DNA of 25,666 nucleotides from an uncultured bacterium (GTDB lineage Bacteria > Myxococcota > XYA12-FULL-58-9 > JABJBS01): positions 1-25,666 of the forward strand of contig CAXGXL010000001.1 in assembly GCA_964013555.1 (NCBI GenBank), in the 5' to 3' direction. Below the pieces are notes generated by a model. It made no database searches, was not told the origin of the DNA, and was given only the letters and a program-made list of their open reading frames with translations. Positions within the stretch are counted from its first letter, which is position 1. Every line of letters starts with the position of its first letter. Below, one piece after another: positions 18,912 through 25,666 of this stretch. A program made the position numbers and the translations under genes.

Positions 18912-20312
18912 TTATTTTCCTTTCACTTTTCCGAGTTCATTCACCCAAGGGCCGCCCACCGCTGCGCGCAATCGCACTTGAGAAACAACCTGGGTTCGCT
19001 TGGCTCCAATAGCCGTCAATTGGCTCTGGTGAAAACTCCTTAGAGCTGTAAGGGTCGCAACATAGTCGCCAACTCCGGACAGATACCGGTCTCGTAATTG
19101 CTCATATGCCAACCGAGTTGCCGACAAAACTTCGGTGACTGCTTGCATCTGTGCCTTCGCAGCGCGCACAGTAGCTAAAGAAGTATCCACTTCGCTAATG
19201 GCTTTCCTATAAAGCTGCTCATAAGTTAAACGCGCCGCATTCAGATTAGCCTCGAACTCCTCGACCGCTGCTTGATCAGAGAAACCGTTAAAGAGTGGCA
19301 AAGACAATATAACACTGGCCCTCCAAGCATCTGTCTTTTGCAACTCCCTTTGAATCATATATTGATAACCGTACTGGCCTGATAATCGTAAAGTTGGCAG
19401 ATGCCTTCCCAAACTGCTAGCAGCTCTTGCTTTCGCCGCCTCGTAAAGCATTGCAGCACGACGTAAATCTGGTCGATGAAAAGCCAAGTCGGAAGGAATC
19501 CCCGCCCCCTTGGTCTCAATTCCATCCGGTAGTTCTACCGGTGTTGGCACAAGCGTCGTAGAACTATGAAGGCCAAGCAGAATTCCGAGACGCCGCTGAC
19601 TGTTCTTAACTAGAGCGTCGGCCAACGGAAGACGAGAAGCCGCTGTGGCAACCTGTCCTTTTTGCTGAAGCACTTCTACTCCAGAGGCTTCGCCTCTTTC
19701 AAAACGCAAGTCGATTACTTCTAAGAAGTCTCTACTCACTTTAAGCTGTTCTTGCAGAACTACCAATTGCTCTTTTGCAAGAATTAAGTCGAGATAAGCC
19801 TCTGTAATACTGAGTGCCAACTTAAGAGCTGCATGGTCAACCTCCGCACTCGTAGCTCCTGCGTTTTTTCGAGCGGCCTGATAAGCCAAATAAGTTCGGG
19901 CAGCATAATCCACAATGTAATCTGCTCGAAGTCCGACATTGCCTGTATAATAAACTCTAGATTGATCCAAATTATCCAGGCCGGAGTCACTCATGTAACT
20001 CGGATTCTGAATTCTGAACGAAGCCATAGGAGCCGCATTTAGCGTAGTGTCAAAACTGACCGACGGTAATAAAGGTGAAAAGGCTTGTTCAGTTTGGGCC
20101 CTCGCTTTGCGAATCAGCGTTCGAGTCGCAGCAATATCTCCATTTTCTGATAGCCCCTCCTCAATCAAAGCCTCCAATCCCACTAAACCGGGCTCTGTCC
20201 ACCAGGCTATTTGTGGCAGAGGACCGGCCGCTGGCTCCACAAAAGTAGGAGGAAGCCAGGAGGGAATCGGAATAGTAAACAAAGCCGTCGCAATAAAAAT
20301 ACCAATGAACAT
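18912..20312 (-). CDS. TolC-family outer membrane efflux factor
   Basis: OEP repeats (RFERGEAS..EVLQ, RPDLRRA, LSLPLFNG, RYLSGV). AAGGA RBS before ATG 20312. Lies 2 bp from the adaptor gene. Confidence 0.92.
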   Translation of the reverse strand: MFIGIFIATALFTIPIPSWLPPTFVEPAAGPLPQIAWWTEPGLVGLEALIEEGLSENGDIAATRTLIRKARAQTEQAFSPLLPSVSFDTTLNAAPMASFRIQNPSYMSDSGLDNLDQSRVYYTGNVGLRADYIVDYAARTYLAYQAARKNAGATSAEVDHAALKLALSITEAYLDLILAKEQLVVLQEQLKVSRDFLEVIDLRFERGEASGVEVLQQKGQVATAASRLPLADALVKNSQRRLGILLGLHSSTTLVPTPVELPDGIETKGAGIPSDLAFHRPDLRRAAMLYEAAKARAASSLGRHLPTLRLSGQYGYQYMIQRELQKTDAWRASVILSLPLFNGFSDQAAVEEFEANLNAARLTYEQLYRKAISEVDTSLATVRAAKAQMQAVTEVLSATRLAYEQLRDRYLSGVGDYVATLTALRSFHQSQLTAIGAKRTQVVSQVRLRAAVGGPWVNELGKVKGK

Positions 20313-20498
20313 TAGCAGTCCTTATTCGAAAACGAATCCGCTAGTAGTCTCATAGAAGCTATATTGTACCTACCACCGCCTAGCGGGATGAGCCTGGTGG
20401 TTGGCGATGAAATTACGAGTCTAAACGCCATTGTTAATGGTCCCCTCCTTGCCGCTGCGCAAAAGTCATAATTGGGCGTTCTTGCTGGCCAGAGCAGA

Positions 20499-20516
20499 AG
20501 TTAGGTAAGACTAACT
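20499..20516. promoter_or_regulatory. Inverted repeat AGTTAG-N6-CTAACT, possible operator
   Basis: Perfect 6-bp arms in the divergent intergenic region between the efflux operon and the REC-FHA gene. Confidence 0.25.
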
Positions 20517-20655
20517 AGCGAATCAAACGCTCTCGATCAAGAAAGAAACGCAAATAAAATCAAGCACTTGAGAAAAAACAAGGTGCCCCCGGTAGAGTAT
20601 TTGTCTCCTAGGCTGTCTCGCGTTAGCCTTAAAAGCACAACGGCAGGAGGTTCTT

Positions 20656-21897
20656 GTGTCTAACAAATCCGTATTATGCGTTGATGATAGCCGCGCAATA
20701 CGACGGTACGTTTCGGAAATTCTCTCACCGGACATTCATTGCATCGAAGCCGCCAATGGGCACGAAGCACTCCAGGTTTTAGCAACCCAAAGAGTAGATT
20801 TGATTTTACTCGATTTGGAAATGCCGGAACTAAACGGAGAAAATACTCTCAAAGAAATTCGGTTAGAGGGTATAACAACTCCCGTCGCGCTTTTCACTGC
20901 TGCTCGACAATACAGTCGGCTCGAAGAGCTCTTCCAACTTGACGTTATTGATGTGCTACTCAAGCCCTTAGAGGCTGGATTTATGAGAGAAAAAATCAAA
21001 GCACTTCTGCGCATTTCCGACGCCTTAGCACCTGCGCCTCCAATAGAAACGGAAGCCGAAGGTGCCCAGACTAGTGCCCCATCCGGCAAAGGAATGCGAA
21101 CCGTGGGGGCCTCTGCCCAAATCGATGCCAACTCATCATCAGAAGTAGCGGAAGACACAAACCAAGCGATAGTTCGGTATCTCGTTATCCAACAAGTAGC
21201 GAAGCCACTCTCGGTATGGCCTATCGAATTGGACGAATTCATTATCGGCAGGAGTAAAATGTGCTCGCTCGTAACCCCCGACGTCACCATAAGCCGAAAA
21301 CACGTCCGAGCAACCCCACTAAGTGCTGGACTGCAATTGACGGACCTCGGAAGTCAAAATGGTATCGGGTTTGCCGGCGAAACGGTTAGAGAGGTAATTG
21401 TAACTTCTGGACAGCAATTTCAAATCGGTAGATTTCTTTTTACCTACGAAGAAAAAAACGAATTCGACACACAAGCCCATCTGGGAGACCAATACACCCT
21501 CGATGGAAACCCAGCTATTTTGGCAAGAGTTTGCAGTGATGAGGGAGATCCTCGGTCTCAATCAACCGTATTCCTCGAAAAAGAAGTAATGAAGGAGATT
21601 TCAAATCGAATTCGCTTTAAGCAAGCACGCCTGGTATCCGAAAATCACCTCGCAGCCCCTATTTTGCTAGGCGATTACAATTGGACCTTCAAACGTAAGA
21701 AATGGGAAAGAGCGAAGAATAAACCAACCACAGGAACCTGTGGCATTTACTTCGATGGCGACCGCCACATAATCCGCTCCAATAATTCTTGGGGAGCTAA
21801 AGTCCACCGCAATAACGAGCTTCTTGAAGAGCCGCAAACTCTAAAGGAGGGAGATCTCATTTCAATTGGTAAACTTACGTTTCAATATGTCCTCTAA
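20656..21897 (+). CDS. Response regulator: receiver + FHA + degenerate FHA-like domain
   Basis: AGGAGG RBS before the GTG start. Receiver residues DD10-11, D53, T81 and KP. FHA motifs IGRS, SRKH and DLGSQNG. C-terminal LKEGDLISIGKLTFQY. Confidence 0.88.
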   Translation: MSNKSVLCVDDSRAIRRYVSEILSPDIHCIEAANGHEALQVLATQRVDLILLDLEMPELNGENTLKEIRLEGITTPVALFTAARQYSRLEELFQLDVIDVLLKPLEAGFMREKIKALLRISDALAPAPPIETEAEGAQTSAPSGKGMRTVGASAQIDANSSSEVAEDTNQAIVRYLVIQQVAKPLSVWPIELDEFIIGRSKMCSLVTPDVTISRKHVRATPLSAGLQLTDLGSQNGIGFAGETVREVIVTSGQQFQIGRFLFTYEEKNEFDTQAHLGDQYTLDGNPAILARVCSDEGDPRSQSTVFLEKEVMKEISNRIRFKQARLVSENHLAAPILLGDYNWTFKRKKWERAKNKPTTGTCGIYFDGDRHIIRSNNSWGAKVHRNNELLEEPQTLKEGDLISIGKLTFQYVL

Positions 21898-21965
21898 ACC
21901 GAAGTAGAGAAGGGAGCTGCAAGACAACTGAGAATCCAACTTCCGGCCCCACATGAGTTAGTACA

Positions 21966-22619
21966 TCACACTTTCCTACGTCGTTTTGTAGGGCACAGCT
22001 TTGTCAATAGCTTGATAAATTGCTCTTCACTCGCTTGTTGCCAAAATACAGGAGCGGTCCGGATCAGAGTCATGGCTCGACTCGGATCGAGCTCGCTGTA
22101 AAGCTCGTTATCTGTATCCAGCGCTCCTCCTTCAACTGCCTGCCGCATTCCCTGCTCTACGTGAACACTACCAATAGTAAAGGAAATCATGGCATAAAAT
22201 GCCTCTGTTGCCTCTTCTTCTGAACCAACCAAAGCACTCAACTCGGCCAATATATCCTCTAACAACTCCAAGGATGTTTGAGAGATACTCCGCGCCGTTC
22301 CTAACAAGGGAATCACCCCGGGATGAGTCAAGAGTCCCTCCCTAATGCGCCTAAAACTTTCAATAACCCACTTCCGACCCTTCAATTCGGTATGGCTAGT
22401 TACATCAAAAGAAGCAATCACTTTGTTCAGGAGTTGTTTTTCAATATCTGCTTTACTCTTAAAATGGCCATAAATGGCCATAGGAGATACCCCGATCGAC
22501 GCAGCTAACCTTCTGACGGTGACCGAGTGCAACCCACTTTCGTTCCCAATTTTCAACGCTGCGTCGATTACTTTTTCAGGGGTCAATCCACCCCGAGGTG
22601 CGCGTTTGCGCTTCGCCAT
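21966..22619 (-). CDS. TetR/AcrR family transcriptional regulator
   Basis: HTH LTPEKVIDAALKI..SVTVRRLAASIGVSPMAIYGHFKSK plus a TetR_C-like C-terminus. ATG 22619 has an AAGGAG RBS; the ORF-track extension to 22829 is probably non-coding. Confidence 0.92.
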   Translation of the reverse strand: MAKRKRAPRGGLTPEKVIDAALKIGNESGLHSVTVRRLAASIGVSPMAIYGHFKSKADIEKQLLNKVIASFDVTSHTELKGRKWVIESFRRIREGLLTHPGVIPLLGTARSISQTSLELLEDILAELSALVGSEEEATEAFYAMISFTIGSVHVEQGMRQAVEGGALDTDNELYSELDPSRAMTLIRTAPVFWQQASEEQFIKLLTKLCPTKRRRKV

Positions 22620-23688
22620 CTCAGTGCTCCTTTCCTTATTCCCTAGCGAACCGCCTAGCGAAATTCGTCCTCCGGACGCGCTGTATCGAACGGCCCCGAA
22701 AACCCTAGCCCCACTATACTCAAAGAACATACTATGGTCCACCGCCCGGACGTTCCAAACAATATCCGGTAAAGCGACAGGTGACTCCAAATAAGCAAGT
22801 AATACGGTAAAGTCTATTGGTCTAAACAAACAAGAGGGCGTCCTCCGGATCCGAAGGTTGAGTTAGGTAGCCCCCTACCAGCTCAAGAAGCTCAGCTGCC
22901 GGGAAAAGCGGCTCGCCTCGCTTGTGCATAGAGAGAATCAAGTTCAAAACACCTTGTCCTAATAGCCGAAACGTCAACTTCTTCAAAATAGACTCCAAAC
23001 CCGACCTCTCCACATTACATATTTTCGCAATATTTTTGAAACACACCAGTGGTATAACTAAGAGTGCTCTACGTTTCATTCGCCGTCTATGCGCGTCCTA
23101 CGACCTTGGCCAAATAGTCAACCACCTGGTGGGCAGTGTTTTCACCGTCTGTCGAATCGCGAATTTCCGCAACCCTGCTATCCCTTTTTGGGGCCCTGCA
23201 CTCTATGCAATACAAAAGAACCTCAGGGTTCTTAGACAGAACACAGCTGGAGCTTAAAACTCGGTCCGGCCCGAAATTGTTTGGTGCTGCCTCTTTGCGC
23301 AATGCGTGAGCAAAACAACGAAACAAGACCAGTTTCGCGAGAATATATTGATTACACTTTCTCGATTGAAGAGAGAATCGAAATCTCTTTTTTCTCTGGT
23401 TGATTCTCAGAGCCAACCTAAATGGAGCGGGCTCTCAATGTAGTGCCTTGCACACTATCTACTCTTCATTTGGTCGACCCAACCATATTCCAAAGACACG
23501 TCTTATCCTCCAACTCCTCAGAACAATTACTCTTCGCAGTCGATAAGTTTATCGTAGAGCACATGTCATAAGTTGCGAAAAGCTGACGAGTGGTCGCAAA
23601 AACCGGTCCACGCTGCCTCTAGCTGCACTAAAATAATAGGCACCCACTCAATTCGAGACGAATTTATTGAGATTGTTATGCCAAATAC

Positions 23689-23715
23689 ACAACTTTGAGT
23701 GGTTAAAGCCGATAA
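23689..23715 (+). promoter_or_regulatory. Putative sigma-28 (FliA-like) promoter
   Basis: ACAACTTT-N11-GCCGATAA versus consensus TAAAGTTT-N11-GCCGATAA (5/8 and 8/8). Ends 84 bp upstream of ATG 23800. Confidence 0.62.
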
Positions 23716-23799
23716 GATGCAGAGTTAAAACCAGAAACTTGTCTTTTAACGAATATTTGAAGCAATTCACAATAACTGAAGTCTAAGGCTCGCCCCACT

Positions 23800-25666
23800 A
23801 TGAAGTTACGCACTCCTACACGCTCGCTCTCCAATCCATCTCAGACAGGCCCACTGAGTTCACTTGCCACAATGCAAAAAGCAAAGTCGGTACCGGCTCG
23901 ACTTTCGAAGCCAATTAGGTCGGTCTGCGCCAATCTGGGGGAGCCCCAGCCCGTTATTGATGCTTTTCGAGAGCAGAACAAACAAAGCGCAGAGCTTTCA
24001 CTTCTTTCATCACCTGGCTGTGGCGATAACACAAATGGTCTCCCAGAACGCATTACGCCAACACAAAGTCGAAAGGCCCAGGCCAATGATGAACAATCAG
24101 GGTCCTGGAATTTGCATGAACTGCGAAGTATCGCTTCACAAAATGAAAGAGGCCGCTCAATAGGCCGAAGCGACTATAAATTCTACCTACCATCCGAACT
24201 CAATCAGGTTGTGGCAGATGGTAAAAAACTCGCCGTTTTTACCTCCGGCTGGTCAGAATACCCCAAAGAGCAAATGTCATATTTCAAGACCTTCTCACAA
24301 CAAAGAATGCTCGCAGCCAACTACCTTATGGCCCATTCCATTGAAAAGAAGGGTGGAACTTCGGAAATCACGGCCTTAACAACGCTTCCATTCTCGACAG
24401 CTTTTCGTCAGTACCTCTACAAAATTAGTAATCAATCCATAAAGGGATTCGAGGAATTCGACCGCAAATCTTATGAGGTTGTGCGTGTTCCAAGAAACCC
24501 TTACGACGACGTCGACTCAAGTAAATCTCTGGCAGAACAAACACCACCGGTAGTTCTTAAATCACTCCAAGATAAGGTGGCTCGACTTCGATCTGAGTCC
24601 AAGACAAACCTAGTTGGGTTATCCGTCTACAAAACCGACCCAAATTGGGAGAAACTCGCATCAAGACTCAATTTAAAATACCTCTCGGTCAGGGCTGAAC
24701 TAAACGAGTGGGGAACCAAAAGTGGCAGTCGAAAGATATTCAGAGAAGCCGGTGTTCCTCACGCGCGAGGTAGCTATGATTTGGTTCATTCTCAAGAAGA
24801 TCTGGTACGAACCATTGTTGATCTGACTCAAGAATATGGGCTCAAGAAAGTCATCATCAAACTCGATGAAGGCTGCGCGGGCAACGGAAATATGGTGGTT
24901 GATCTTTCCGACATCCACGACTCGCTAACTAACCAGCCCGCTAGCAGCTGCCGCGCTCTTATTGCCCAAAAAATTGCCGAGTTACCCAAGGAATACTTGT
25001 CGCAACTACCTAAAAACGGTGCCATCATCGAAGAGTATTTCGAAGGAAAGGACTTTTGCTCTCCATCGGTTGACGTTCTTGTTCAAGATACCAGAGACAT
25101 TCGAGCACTCACCGCGTACGATATGACCATGGGGGGAGAACAAAACCTCTCCTTTCGCGGGATTTTCGGCCCCTTTCAGTGGGAGCAAGACCTCAAAGGA
25201 ATGTCCGTTCAAACCGCGCGCGCGCTCGCCCATAAAGGCATTAGAGATCACCTGGCCGTCGATTTCGTGGTATTCAGAGATCCCCAAGGGGTTCAACAAG
25301 CTTACGCCGTAGAAGTCAATATGAGAAAATCAGGTGGCACTCCGCCCTATAGGATTCTCTCTTATCTAACCGACGACGACAACCTCGCCGGAAAAAGTTA
25401 TTACTCCAATGAAAAAGTGCCGCTCCCAGCCTTTAGAGAAATCAGTCCAAAAATGTGGCAAAAACATGGTGAGCAGATTGAACGAGACTTTTTCGAATGG
25501 CTTTCAGAGCAATCATTTACCTTCAACCCGGAGCGAAAAGAAGGGTGCGTCGTGCATTTTCATTGCTTCCCCAACAGCTCAGTCGGTGTCACGTGCATGG
25601 GAGAGAGCGTCGAAGAGGCAAAACAATTTCTTGAGAAATTCAGAACTGCAGTAGCCTCATTTGCAG
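23800..25666 (+). CDS. Second PGM1-related ATP-grasp ligase, 3'-truncated and absent from the ORF track
   Basis: Manual translation gives 622 uninterrupted codons from ATG 23800 (in-frame TAA at 23773) to the window end. Motifs WGTKSGSRKIFREAGV, IKLDEGCAGNGN, FCSPSV, LAVDFV, EVNMRKSGG and GCVVHF..VGVTCMG. Confidence 0.88.
   Translation, partial: MKLRTPTRSLSNPSQTGPLSSLATMQKAKSVPARLSKPIRSVCANLGEPQPVIDAFREQNKQSAELSLLSSPGCGDNTNGLPERITPTQSRKAQANDEQSGSWNLHELRSIASQNERGRSIGRSDYKFYLPSELNQVVADGKKLAVFTSGWSEYPKEQMSYFKTFSQQRMLAANYLMAHSIEKKGGTSEITALTTLPFSTAFRQYLYKISNQSIKGFEEFDRKSYEVVRVPRNPYDDVDSSKSLAEQTPPVVLKSLQDKVARLRSESKTNLVGLSVYKTDPNWEKLASRLNLKYLSVRAELNEWGTKSGSRKIFREAGVPHARGSYDLVHSQEDLVRTIVDLTQEYGLKKVIIKLDEGCAGNGNMVVDLSDIHDSLTNQPASSCRALIAQKIAELPKEYLSQLPKNGAIIEEYFEGKDFCSPSVDVLVQDTRDIRALTAYDMTMGGEQNLSFRGIFGPFQWEQDLKGMSVQTARALAHKGIRDHLAVDFVVFRDPQGVQQAYAVEVNMRKSGGTPPYRILSYLTDDDNLAGKSYYSNEKVPLPAFREISPKMWQKHGEQIERDFFEWLSEQSFTFNPERKEGCVVHFHCFPNSSVGVTCMGESVEEAKQFLEKFRTAVASFA

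Noticed and set aside
20312-20353. 13-codon ORF MRLLADSFSNKDC overlapping the TolC start (TAATG), as a leader peptide or frameshifted N-terminus
   Set aside because: TolC has its own AAGGA RBS and hydrophobic N-terminus, and such a short ORF is expected by chance.
22620-22829. 70-aa N-terminal extension of TetR in the ORF track
   Set aside because: There is a strong RBS at ATG 22619, and the HTH starts right after it as in typical TetR proteins.
727-25654. Numerous short antisense or overlapping ORFs in the track (for example 3276-3818, 13007-13354, 20736-21290, 25006-25299)
   Set aside because: They are shadows of well-supported genes on the opposite strand or in another frame, with no motifs of their own.

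Overview
Bacterial accessory region of moderate GC. The gene families (PilZ, REC-FHA, TGase-elicitor, PGM1-like ATP-grasp, class I HMGR) suggest a Myxococcota/Bdellovibrionota-like organism; this is inference only. Gene order: 5'-truncated circularly permuted ATP-grasp (+), predicted beta-barrel protein (-), metallophosphoesterase (-), transglutaminase-elicitor-like enzyme (+), PilZ-HMG-CoA reductase-phosphotransferase triple fusion (-), rtcB (+), PGM1-like ATP-grasp ligase (+), animal-like thrombospondin-repeat exported protein (-), TolC-MFP-RND operon (-), REC-FHA protein (+), TetR regulator (-), and a second PGM1-like ATP-grasp ligase (+, 23800 to the window end) that is absent from the ORF track. 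Strongest leads: (1) three dispersed enzyme genes share a sigma-28-like promoter and a long disordered N-terminus without a signal peptide, suggesting a co-regulated set of type III/flagellar-secreted ligase effectors; (2) an HMGR with intact PilZ c-di-GMP motifs and a fused APH-fold kinase; (3) a 45-Cys TSP1-repeat protein with an unrecognised C-terminal repeat. No rRNA, tRNA, CRISPR array or mobile element was seen.
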